Assembly (NCBI GenBank): GCA_018970425.1
Contig: JAGWWK010000001.1
Location: 144,845 to 208,844, forward strand
DNA length: 64,000 nucleotides
Direction of reading: 5' to 3'
Origin: Patescibacteria group bacterium
Lineage (GTDB): Bacteria; Patescibacteriota; Minisyncoccia; Phycocordibacterales; Phycocordibacteraceae
Positions 56,259-64,000 of this stretch are shown one piece after another. The position numbers and the translations under genes are program-made. The notes under the pieces were generated by a model. The model had not been told where the DNA came from, ran no database searches, and saw only the letters and a program-made list of their open reading frames with translations. Within the stretch, counting starts at the first letter, position 1. The number at the start of each line of letters is the position of its first letter.

Positions 56259-56996
56259 CTAGTTCTCAGACTCAAGAAGCGCCTTTTGCGCTGCTGCCTG
56301 CTCTGCTTCTTGCTTAGACTTACCCTCACCCTCCGCAACCACGACATCCCCCACGGATACAGCTACGGTGAATTGCCGCGCATGGTCAGGCCCCTCAGAC
56401 TTAACCGTTCGGTACGCGGGCGTGATGCCATACTTCGCCTGTGCAAGCTCCTGAAACGCGCTCTTCGCGTCGCGCCAAAGGCCGCGTGCCACAACATCAT
56501 CGGCGTGTGATAAGACGTGCCGTGTAATAAACGATTCCGCCGCGGCGTAGCCCTGGTCAAGGTACAACGCGCCCGTGACCGCTTCAAACGCATTTGCAAG
56601 GATGGTCGCGCGCGCGCGCCCGGTATCTCGCGCTTCTCCTTTAGAGAGAAGGAGGCACTCGTTCATGTGGAGCGTCTCCGCAATTCCGCCAAGAATTGTT
56701 GCGTTGACGAGTGCGGCGCGATACCCGGTAAGCTCTCCTTCGGTTGCGGACGGAAACTTGCGAAATAGGTGATCCGTGACAATAAGCTCGATCACCGCAT
56801 CACCAAGAAACTCAAGCCGCTCATTATGCGCACCAGCACCTGGCACCGTTTCTTTTTTCGTCGCGCGGGCCTCATTGAGATACGAGCGGTGCGTACACGC
56901 GGTCTTTAACAGATCACTATTTTTGAAAGAGATCCCGGCTTTCGCGAGGAACGCTGCAAGTCCGGCATCGTGCTCTGCTTTGCGTACCGGGCTCAT
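56259..56996 (-). CDS. rnc: ribonuclease III
   Basis: 245 aa. Catalytic signature ERLEFLGDAVIELIVTDHLF, C-terminal dsRBD. Overlaps the upstream gene by 4 bp. Confidence 0.9.
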   Translation of the reverse strand: MSPVRKAEHDAGLAAFLAKAGISFKNSDLLKTACTHRSYLNEARATKKETVPGAGAHNERLEFLGDAVIELIVTDHLFRKFPSATEGELTGYRAALVNATILGGIAETLHMNECLLLSKGEARDTGRARATILANAFEAVTGALYLDQGYAAAESFITRHVLSHADDVVARGLWRDAKSAFQELAQAKYGITPAYRTVKSEGPDHARQFTVAVSVGDVVVAEGEGKSKQEAEQAAAQKALLESEN

Positions 56997-57841
56997 GCGA
57001 GTGCTGCATTAATAATACCTCGAAGGTCTTCATAGAGCGGAATATCTGAGAGTTCGCTCGGTAAAAACCAGCGAACCTCCACAATTCCCTGACTCTCCGG
57101 CGTCAGAAGCGGATCTTGTACCGGCACTGACGCGAGAAAATACGCGACCGTCTTTTCATGCGTACCACTCGGCTCGTGGGCCATGTATGCGTGTTCAGCA
57201 AGTGGCCGGACAATCGTCGCTGCAAGACCGAGCTCCGCCTTTACCGCGCGTATCGCGGCGTCTTGCGACAGCTCGCCGGGCGCCAGTTCCGTTTTAGGAA
57301 GCGTCCACCGATGAAACACATCGTACACAAGCGCTACAGCGCCAGAATCTTGCGCAACTACCACTGCTCCCGCAAGCATCTGAGGAGCGCCGCTCTTCGA
57401 CCGCTCATCTTTCTGCGGCTCACCCAAGTCTCGGTACACCGAGCCAAGCACGCCGTTTACAAACTTACCTGACTGCTCTCCTCCGAACGACTTCGCGAGC
57501 TCAATAGCCTCGTTGAGCGCCACCTTAGGAGGTACGGACTGACGGTCGCCAAACAGGAGTTCAAAGAGTCCTATGCGAAGCACATTCCGATCAATCGGGG
57601 CAACATTTTCAAGCGGCCACTGAGGGGCAGCTTTTTGAATGACCGCATTAATTTCTTCAAGTTTTGCCAAAACGCCGGCAAGCAAATCTTCCGCAAACGA
57701 AAGGTCTGACGGGCCAAGAGCAAATTCTTTGGCGTTCCGCTTGAGCACCACACGCGCGTCGGTGAGCGTGAGCGTGCGCGTCATGTCGCACTCAAAAAGA
57801 GTCTGCAGGACCAGCGCTCGCGAGAGATGGCGTGACGCCAT
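56993..57841 (-). CDS. nusB: NusB-like antitermination factor fused to a C-terminal NUDIX-fold domain with a degenerate Nudix box
   Basis: 282 aa. Residues 1-140 are NusB-like (LSRALVLQTLFECDM...LRIGLFELLF...KVALNEAIELAKSFGGEQSGKFVNGVLGSVYRDL). Residues ~155-282 are Nudix-like (WTLPKTELAPGELSQDAAIRAVKAELGL), where the REx2EE box reads RAVKAE. Confidence 0.7.
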   Translation of the reverse strand: MASRHLSRALVLQTLFECDMTRTLTLTDARVVLKRNAKEFALGPSDLSFAEDLLAGVLAKLEEINAVIQKAAPQWPLENVAPIDRNVLRIGLFELLFGDRQSVPPKVALNEAIELAKSFGGEQSGKFVNGVLGSVYRDLGEPQKDERSKSGAPQMLAGAVVVAQDSGAVALVYDVFHRWTLPKTELAPGELSQDAAIRAVKAELGLAATIVRPLAEHAYMAHEPSGTHEKTVAYFLASVPVQDPLLTPESQGIVEVRWFLPSELSDIPLYEDLRGIINAALA

Positions 57842-57846
57842 GAACG

Positions 57847-58059
57847 TTATTTAGCGGCGGAACGTGTGCGCGCGGCGCGCTCTGGACGGGCCTTTTTGTT
57901 AATCAGGGTGCGACCTCGATACGTACCACCCTCTAGGACAACCCGATGCCGCGGGTGCACCGTTCCTTCAGACGTTGTGGCGAGGGCGCGATTCTTAAGC
58001 GCGTGATGCGAACGGCGATTCGCCGAGTGCCCGCGCGTATGACGCATTCGTACTACCAT
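57847..58059 (-). CDS. rpmF: 50S ribosomal protein L32
   Basis: 70 aa. MVVRMRHTRGHSANRRSHHALK N-terminus, typical of bL32. Confidence 0.8.
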   Translation of the reverse strand: MVVRMRHTRGHSANRRSHHALKNRALATTSEGTVHPRHRVVLEGGTYRGRTLINKKARPERAARTRSAAK

Positions 58060-58310
58060 GAGAGTGAGTGTAGCACGGCGAGCGCCCTTCGTCTATCCGC
58101 GCGCCAAACCGTCTGTTTTGATTACCTATCTAATTGAGTGGTGATGCAGAAACCACCAGTAGCGCGAGTGCAACAGACGTGACCCTCAAGGCATTGACCA
58201 CCGTATCCCACTCATAAAAGTTGGGCGCCGGGGAGTGTCCGCGCGCTTCTACGCCAAAGGCTCCATGATTCAGGGAGGGCAATCATACGCCTCGGGGTAT
58301 GAAAAAGCAA

Positions 58311-58793
58311 CTACTGACTCGCCTCTGTGTTGTTCTTCATCGACTCGGCAAATTCAGTAAGAACAGTTTCCGTCGCGGCAGCCAGCGCCTGTATGAGGTC
58401 CTTCTGCTCGAATCGGTCTTTGAAGAATGCCGCAACCTCCTTCAAGTCGGGCTGACCATTAGAGTCTTGCGCCATTTGCATAAGTTCTCCCTTGTCGTCA
58501 TCGGTCATTTTTTCTCCGAGACGCATCAAAAGATCTGCGGAAATGGCCTCCATGAGGTTTTGCTCGACCTTCTTGCGATCATCTGGCTCAAGCTGCATGG
58601 TCTTGAGAGACGCATCTATATCACGGTATAAGTTGAGTACTCGCTCCGCGAGAGCGCGGTCTTCCGGAGCCATCGGCGGGAGCATCGAAGTATCTATTTT
58701 TGAAAAATCGGGCATTCCGTCGGGGCCCATCGGAATTTTGGGCATTTGCGGCATGCCGCCCTGATCATCGGTTTGTTGTGTGTCGTCGCTCAT
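58311..58793 (-). CDS. hypothetical acidic protein (Met/Pro-rich N-terminus, helical D/E-rich body)
   Basis: 160 aa. No motif recognised. 4-bp gap to rnhB. Confidence 0.35.
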   Translation of the reverse strand: MSDDTQQTDDQGGMPQMPKIPMGPDGMPDFSKIDTSMLPPMAPEDRALAERVLNLYRDIDASLKTMQLEPDDRKKVEQNLMEAISADLLMRLGEKMTDDDKGELMQMAQDSNGQPDLKEVAAFFKDRFEQKDLIQALAAATETVLTEFAESMKNNTEASQ

Positions 58794-58797
58794 GCCG

Positions 58798-59385
58798 CTA
58801 TCCTAGCACGAGCTTTGTCAAAAAGCTTTTCCGATGCACAGGACTCGATCCGTGACGTGCGAGGGCCTCTAGGTGAGCACGTGTTCCGTACCCTTTGTGT
58901 GACTCGAAACCATATACGGGATAGAGAGGGGCGACTGTGCTGACCATCTCGCGATCCCGCGTTACCTTCGCGGCTATAGCCGCGAGTGCTATCGCGGGCA
59001 CGAGCGCGTCTCCGTGAATAATTGACTGCTGCTCGTACTCTTGCGGGGCGTGCAATCCAGCATCAAGAGCAATTTCGGCATCGGCAGGGTTAATCTCGAG
59101 GTCCCTGAGGCCGCGCGCTACCGCACGAGCGATTGCAACCTGGATACCGAGAGTGTCGATTACTTCCGCAGACTCTGCATAGACGCCAAAGCGAACTCTT
59201 CCCTCTGCCTGAAGTTCCTCAAGCGCACTATATACCCGCTCCCGAGCCGCTTCAGTCATACGCTTGGAGTCATGAATGCCGGCAAGCGGTATGTGGCCGT
59301 GAGACACGACAATACCCACCATGACCGGCCCGGCAAGCGGTCCGCGCCCTACTTCATCAATACCAACAATGATTTTTTTTCGCAT
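58798..59385 (-). CDS. rnhB: ribonuclease HII
   Basis: 195 aa. N-terminal catalytic motif IVGIDEVGRGPLAGPV. Confidence 0.85.
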   Translation of the reverse strand: MRKKIIVGIDEVGRGPLAGPVMVGIVVSHGHIPLAGIHDSKRMTEAARERVYSALEELQAEGRVRFGVYAESAEVIDTLGIQVAIARAVARGLRDLEINPADAEIALDAGLHAPQEYEQQSIIHGDALVPAIALAAIAAKVTRDREMVSTVAPLYPVYGFESHKGYGTRAHLEALARHGSSPVHRKSFLTKLVLG

Positions 59386-59403
59386 ACAGACTACACTGTT
59401 CTA

Positions 59404-62400
59404 GTGAGCACTTTTTCACACCTGTCCGCGCATAGCCACTATAGCCTTTTACATGCGCTACCGCAGATAGACGCACTCGTCGATGCCGCGGTAGCCGCCC
59501 GCATGCCAGCGATTGCGCTCACCGACCGCAACAACCTGTACGGCGCGATTGAATTCTACAAGGCGTGTACGAAAAAGAACATCAAGCCAATCATAGGAGT
59601 AGACCTCGATCTCATCATCCGCAGCGAGCGAGGCACGATCATACTACTCGCTGAGACATTTGCAGGGTACCAAAACCTCATGCGTCTCGTGTCCCGCGCG
59701 CAATACTCGTCACAAACGGATCCTCACGCAACCGAGCATGACATTGAAGAGTTTGGGGCGGGACTCATCGCGCTCATTCCTGACCGCTGGACGGGCAGCG
59801 CGGCAGCCGAGCCGCTCGCTGCGCTTCTCACCCGAGTACTCGGCGCGGATAGCGTGTTTGTTCGCTTGGGCTGGAACGGTGACCGTGAGCGTCAGGAGCG
59901 CACTACGCGCTTCGCGCACTCGCTCAAACTCCCTACCATTGCGGCGGATGATATTTACTACCTCGCGCCTGAAGACCGCGACGCGCTTGATGTCGTGCGG
60001 CATATCCATGACCCAAGCACTCCTCGCGAAACGAATGACTTAGCATTTGCGTCTCAAGAGACAATGGCGGAGCGCTATCGCGACTACCCTACAGCCGTGG
60101 CGGCACTCGAGAGTGTTGTAGCCCGCGTCTCGGTCACGCTGACTCTTGGCAATTGGATTTTCCCGACGGTTGAAATACCTGACGGCACGACATATGAGGG
60201 GGAGCTCCGGAAAGCGGCAATCGCTGGCATCGCGCACCGCGGCCTCACGGAGTCTGCCGACCTCATGGCGCGCATTGACTACGAACTCTCGATCATCGGA
60301 CAAAAAGGATTTGCTCCCTACTTCCTGGCTGTGGCAGACCTGCTTGGGTATGCGCGGCGTGAAAAAATTCTCACCACGACCCGAGGGTCCGCGGCGGGCT
60401 CGTTCGTCTCGTTCCTCACCGGCATCACGAACGTAAACCCATTAGACTACAAGCTGCCGTTCGAGCGCTTCCTGAACCCCGGCCGCCCCAAGGCGCCGGA
60501 TATCGATATGGACATCTCTGATGTGAAGCGCGATCAAATGGTCGAGTATGTAAAGAAAAAGTATGGTGAGGACCGCGTGGCGCAGATCGGTACCTTTGGC
60601 ACCATGATGGCGCGCGCCGCCGTACGCGATGTTGCCCGGGCACTCGGCTACAGCTACGGCATAGGCGACCATATCGCAAAGTGCATTCCTGTCGGAAGTC
60701 AGGGATTTCCTATGACGATCGAGCGTGCGCTTGAGCTCGAGGAGGATTTGCGGAAACTATACCAATCCGATGACGACGCGGAGCGCATCATCAATATGGC
60801 AAAGCGGATTGAGGGGAATGTGCGCCACATTTCAGTGCACGCCGCGGGCGTCGTGGTCGCGCCAGGGCCGCTTACGGACTACACGCCAGTCCAGCTCGAC
60901 CCAAACGGCGGCAAGCGTATTACGCAATATGACATGTACGCACTCACCGACGAGTATGGCGGAGTCGGTCTTTTAAAGTTCGACTTCCTCGGGTTAAAAA
61001 ACCTCTCGATTCTCGCTGACGCAGTTGAACGAGTTGACCGCCGGCTTGGCATCGCGGTAGATATTGAAACAGTGCCCGTTGATGACCGCGCTACCTTTGA
61101 AATGCTCGCGAAAGGATTTACGGAAGGCGTATTCCAGCTTTCCGGCGGAGGAATGACGCGCTACCTCAAGGACCTCCGCCCAACATCAATCCACGATATC
61201 AATGCGATGGTTGCGCTCTATCGTCCGGGTCCGATGGACTCCATTCCGGAATACATTCGGCGCAAGTACAATCCCTCACTCATCACATACCTCGATCCGC
61301 GAATGAAAGATATTCTTGAGCGTTCCTACGGCATTATCGCGTATCAGGACGATGTGCTCATGACCGCAATTACTATTGCAGGGTACTCGTGGCTCGAAGC
61401 CGACAACTTGCGCAAGGCGATGGGAAAAAAGAACCCCGCAGAAATGGAAGCCCAGAAAGAAAAGTTTCTCGCGGGAGCGCAGTCTTTCGGAAAAATATCG
61501 CGTGAGCGTGCTGAAGCGATATGGAAACTTATCGAACCATTCGCGGCGTACGGGTTTAACAAAGCCCATGCAGCAAGTTACGGTAAAGTCGCGTACCAAA
61601 CTGCGTACATGAAGGCTCACTACCCCGCCGACTACATGTCGGCGCTCATGAGCGCCGACTCGGGCGATGTCGATTCCATCGCACTCCATGTTGCTGAGTG
61701 CGAGCGACTCGGTATCTCGGTGCTACCGCCGGACGTAAACGAGTCATACAAAAGCTTTGCCGTAACGAAGCAGGGTGCCATCCGCTTCGGTCTGCATACC
61801 ATCAAAAACTTTGGCGATGGCGCCGCGCGCGCGATTATTGATGAGCGTCAGGCCAACGGAGACTTTACCTCTATCGGCGACTTCGCATTCCGCGCCCCCG
61901 CCGCACTCAATAAGCGTGCAATAGAGGCGCTTATTAAAGCGGGTGCGCTCGACCGCTTTGGTGAGCGCACCGCAATGCTCGGCGCTCTTGAAGCGATTGT
62001 TGCCGCGCGTGGTCGCGAGGAGTCGTCAGACTCACAGAGCGCGCTGTTTACCATCGTGGCGCGAGCTCCGCGCATAACGCTGTCAACCGCAGTCACGCCG
62101 CTGTCAGAAAAACTCGCGTGGGAGAAGGAGCTGTTAGGTATCTATGTCTCCGGTCACCCCATCGACAAGTTCCCTGAAGTTCGAGAAAAATACCGCGGCT
62201 CGGTGCGTGCGGCAGTGCTTGAGGAACGGTCGGGGTACCCACGCGTTGTTGGCGGCGTTCTTGAAGGAGTGAAAACAATTATTACAAAAAAGGGCGATCG
62301 CATGGCGTTCCTGACCATCGCAGACAAAGAGGCAACAATTGAGGCTGTCGCGTTTCCCAAGGTGTACGCAGAGTTGAAAGATGCACTCACCCCCGGCACG

Positions 62401-62481
62401 GTCATTCTTGCCAAAGGAACCATAAGTCGCCGAAATGGTGAACCATCGATACTCGTAGACAAATGTAAAGTTGTCGGCTAG
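59404..62481 (+). CDS. dnaE: DNA polymerase III alpha subunit (DnaE-type)
   Basis: The ORF track extends to 59041, antisense to rnhB. The conserved PHP N-terminus FSHLSAHSHYSLLHA begins just after an in-frame GTG at 59404. Polymerase core (palm/fingers), C-terminal OB fold. About 1025 aa. Confidence 0.9.
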   Translation: MSTFSHLSAHSHYSLLHALPQIDALVDAAVAARMPAIALTDRNNLYGAIEFYKACTKKNIKPIIGVDLDLIIRSERGTIILLAETFAGYQNLMRLVSRAQYSSQTDPHATEHDIEEFGAGLIALIPDRWTGSAAAEPLAALLTRVLGADSVFVRLGWNGDRERQERTTRFAHSLKLPTIAADDIYYLAPEDRDALDVVRHIHDPSTPRETNDLAFASQETMAERYRDYPTAVAALESVVARVSVTLTLGNWIFPTVEIPDGTTYEGELRKAAIAGIAHRGLTESADLMARIDYELSIIGQKGFAPYFLAVADLLGYARREKILTTTRGSAAGSFVSFLTGITNVNPLDYKLPFERFLNPGRPKAPDIDMDISDVKRDQMVEYVKKKYGEDRVAQIGTFGTMMARAAVRDVARALGYSYGIGDHIAKCIPVGSQGFPMTIERALELEEDLRKLYQSDDDAERIINMAKRIEGNVRHISVHAAGVVVAPGPLTDYTPVQLDPNGGKRITQYDMYALTDEYGGVGLLKFDFLGLKNLSILADAVERVDRRLGIAVDIETVPVDDRATFEMLAKGFTEGVFQLSGGGMTRYLKDLRPTSIHDINAMVALYRPGPMDSIPEYIRRKYNPSLITYLDPRMKDILERSYGIIAYQDDVLMTAITIAGYSWLEADNLRKAMGKKNPAEMEAQKEKFLAGAQSFGKISRERAEAIWKLIEPFAAYGFNKAHAASYGKVAYQTAYMKAHYPADYMSALMSADSGDVDSIALHVAECERLGISVLPPDVNESYKSFAVTKQGAIRFGLHTIKNFGDGAARAIIDERQANGDFTSIGDFAFRAPAALNKRAIEALIKAGALDRFGERTAMLGALEAIVAARGREESSDSQSALFTIVARAPRITLSTAVTPLSEKLAWEKELLGIYVSGHPIDKFPEVREKYRGSVRAAVLEERSGYPRVVGGVLEGVKTIITKKGDRMAFLTIADKEATIEAVAFPKVYAELKDALTPGTVILAKGTISRRNGEPSILVDKCKVVG

Positions 62482-62512
62482 CCCTAGAGAGCACGTATCT
62501 GTTGAGAGTTTG

Positions 62513-62540
62513 TTGACAGAGCTCCTCCGCCCGCTATAGT
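62513..62540 (+). promoter_or_regulatory. consensus promoter TTGACA-16-TATAGT for thrS. The -10 is embedded in the 14-bp palindrome TATAGTTAACTATA
   Basis: TTGACA at 62513-62518, TATAGT at 62535-62540. The palindrome spans 62535-62548. Confidence 0.5.
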
Positions 62541-62548
62541 TAACTATA

Positions 62549-62633
62549 AGTGCTGTCTCTGTAGACAGAAGCTCGGTGGAACCGCGGTTCGCAAGAATCG
62601 TCCGAGCAGGGTTATTAACTCTGCTTTATTTGT
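62549..62633 (+). promoter_or_regulatory. structured thrS leader: hairpin CTGTCTctgtAGACAG (62553-62568), T-box-like GGTGGAACCGCGG (62575-62587) overlapping the 12-bp palindrome GAACCGCGGTTC (62579-62590)
   Basis: Direct reading. Matches 12 of 14 positions of the T-box consensus AGGGUGGNACCGCG, but the leader is only about 90 nt. Confidence 0.35.
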
Positions 62634-64000
62634 ATGTCCACTGAACTCGAACACAAACGTCATACCCTCGCTCACCTGCTCGCCGCTGCGGTTTTAGGTG
62701 CATACCCGCATGCAAAGACAACACTCGGCCCAGCTATCGACGACGGATTCTACTACGACATAGACTTCGGTATCGGAGAAAAACCGAATGACGAAGCACT
62801 CAAGAAGATCGAAAAGCAGATGCGAAAGCTCCTTCCGTCATGGAAAGAGTTTACACACGAAGTCGTCACTGCAGACGAAGCGAAGTCGCGCTTCCCTGGC
62901 AACGTCTATAAACACGAGCTTATTGATGAAATCGCTGCGCGCGGTGAGACGATTACGCTCTACACCTGCGGAAACTTTACCGACCTCTGCCGCGGCGGTC
63001 ACGCAGAGCATCCAAACAAGGAAATCCCTGACGACTCGTTCGTCCTCGACCGCATTGCAGGCGCCTACTGGCGTGGCAATGAAAAAAATCCGATGCTCAC
63101 GCGCATATACGGACTCGCATTTGAATCTAAGGCGACACTCGATACCTACCTCACTGCGCGTGAGGAGGCCAGAAAGCGAGATCACAAAAAGCTCGGGCCA
63201 GAGCTCAAACTATTTACCATTTCCCCGCTTGTCGGCGCAGGACTCCCGCTACTTCAACCGAAGGGTGCGATTATTCGCCGAGAAATCGAGGACTACCTCT
63301 GGGAACTCCATGCACATGTGGGCTATAGTCGAGTCTGGACCCCGCACATCGCAAAGGAAGACCTCTATCAGACTTCAGGTCATGCCGCTAAGTTTGGCGA
63401 TGAACTCTTCCGCGTATCTGGTAAGGATGAAAAGTTTTTCCTGAAGCCGATGAACTGTCCGCACCACATGCAGATCTATGCGGACAATCAGTTTTCCTAC
63501 CGCGATATGCCCGTCCGATACTTCGAACCAGCAACAGTGTACCGTGACGAAAAGACGGGGCAACTTGGCGGGCTGACGCGCGTGCGTTCAATCACGCAGG
63601 ATGATGGTCACTTGTTCTGCCGTGAATCGCAGATAGGGGCGGAGGTATCGTCAATCGTAGGCATCATCACCCGCTTCTATACAACGATGGGGATGATGGA
63701 CGGATACTGGGTTTCACTCTCCGTTCGTGACGCGGATCACAGCAAGTACCTAGGTTCTGACGCTGTTTGGGCAACCGCAGAAGGGGCCCTCGAGGAAGCC
63801 GCGAGAGCAAATAACCTGCACTACCGTCGTGTCGAGGGAGAGGCTACGTTCTACGGGCCCAAACTCGACTTTATGTTCAAAGACGCCATCGGACGTCAGT
63901 GGCAACTTGCGACAATCCAGTGCGACTTCAACCTTCCGGAGCGCTTTGACCTCTCATACGTCAACGAACGCGGTGAGAAAGAACGCCCCGTAGTCATTCA
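62634..64000 (+). CDS. thrS: threonine--tRNA ligase, N-terminal ~455 codons (continues beyond window end). Begins at the N2/editing domain, no TGS domain
   Basis: ATG at 62634. MSTELEHKRHTLAHLLAAAV...GPAIDDGFYYDIDF (ThrRS/AlaRS second additional domain). Zinc/editing motif CRGGHAEHP. Class II core KPMNCPHHMQIY, FEPATVYRDE and GGLTRVRSITQDDGHLFC. Not in the ORF track because no stop lies in the window. Confidence 0.9.
   Translation, partial: MSTELEHKRHTLAHLLAAAVLGAYPHAKTTLGPAIDDGFYYDIDFGIGEKPNDEALKKIEKQMRKLLPSWKEFTHEVVTADEAKSRFPGNVYKHELIDEIAARGETITLYTCGNFTDLCRGGHAEHPNKEIPDDSFVLDRIAGAYWRGNEKNPMLTRIYGLAFESKATLDTYLTAREEARKRDHKKLGPELKLFTISPLVGAGLPLLQPKGAIIRREIEDYLWELHAHVGYSRVWTPHIAKEDLYQTSGHAAKFGDELFRVSGKDEKFFLKPMNCPHHMQIYADNQFSYRDMPVRYFEPATVYRDEKTGQLGGLTRVRSITQDDGHLFCRESQIGAEVSSIVGIITRFYTTMGMMDGYWVSLSVRDADHSKYLGSDAVWATAEGALEEAARANNLHYRRVEGEATFYGPKLDFMFKDAIGRQWQLATIQCDFNLPERFDLSYVNERGEKERPVVI

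Noticed and set aside
59041-59403. 5' extension of the dnaE ORF (121 codons) given by the track
   Set aside because: It is antisense to the complete rnhB gene. The conserved DnaE N-terminus starts right after the GTG at 59404.
62788-63444. 218-aa ORF listed by the track inside thrS
   Set aside because: It is out of frame with the clear ThrRS reading frame, which starts at 62634 and was not reported only because it has no stop in the window.
1-64000. CRISPR arrays, transposases, integrases, prophage genes, rRNA genes
   Set aside because: No spaced direct repeats, no DDE/tyrosine-recombinase-like ORFs and no rRNA-like conserved stretches were recognised by eye. This window appears to be core chromosome.

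Overview
The window is a gene-dense (~90% coding), high-GC (~60%) bacterial chromosomal segment made up mostly of core genes. Identified on the minus strand unless noted: cysS (partial), nrdB, nrdA, class I fructose-bisphosphate aldolase, uppP (+), tRNA-Gln(UUG), a HlyD/ABC-ATPase/FtsX-permease efflux operon, dnaX, dus, a BdbD/BdbC-like disulfide-oxidation pair (+), an ABC-2 transporter (+), an RRM protein (+), prmC (+), hisS (+), an NhaP-type antiporter (+), a contiguous trmD-rpoB-rpoC-dnaG-rpoD run, rpsP, a KH protein, rnr (+), malic enzyme, gdh, a short SMC, rnc, a NusB-NUDIX fusion, rpmF, rnhB, dnaE (+) and thrS (+, partial). The sequence suggests a reduced-genome lineage, possibly Patescibacteria/CPR, but this is inference. 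The evidence is a CxxC-x17-CxxC protein, short RpoB (1068 aa), gamma-only DnaX (342 aa), 720-aa SMC, ThrRS without the N-terminal TGS domain, missing rimM/rplS in the rpsP-trmD cluster, and weak Shine-Dalgarno usage. No CRISPR array, transposase, integrase or rRNA gene was recognised. The most unusual content is: (1) a nine-gene co-directional cluster (6.2-12.3 kb) combining a SOUL heme-binding protein, a cytochrome b5-like protein, an atypical P-type ATPase, an AAA_28 ATPase and several membrane proteins; (2) a MacAB-like efflux operon whose ABC ATPase carries an N-terminal TRASH/YHS-type C-x2-C-x20-C-x3-C metal-binding module; (3) a NusB-NUDIX fusion with a degenerate Nudix box; (4) a 480-bp AT-rich ORF-free island with a promoter, a candidate structured RNA, a 28-codon hydrophobic sORF and a rho-independent terminator; (5) a contiguous rpoB-rpoC-dnaG-rpoD array with a basic (not acidic) sigma N-terminus and a DnaG whose zinc-ribbon ligands are mostly lost; (6) a thrS leader with a consensus promoter, three palindromes and a T-box-like GGTGGAACCGCGG element. 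All calls come from reading the sequence and ORF translations; no database search was run.
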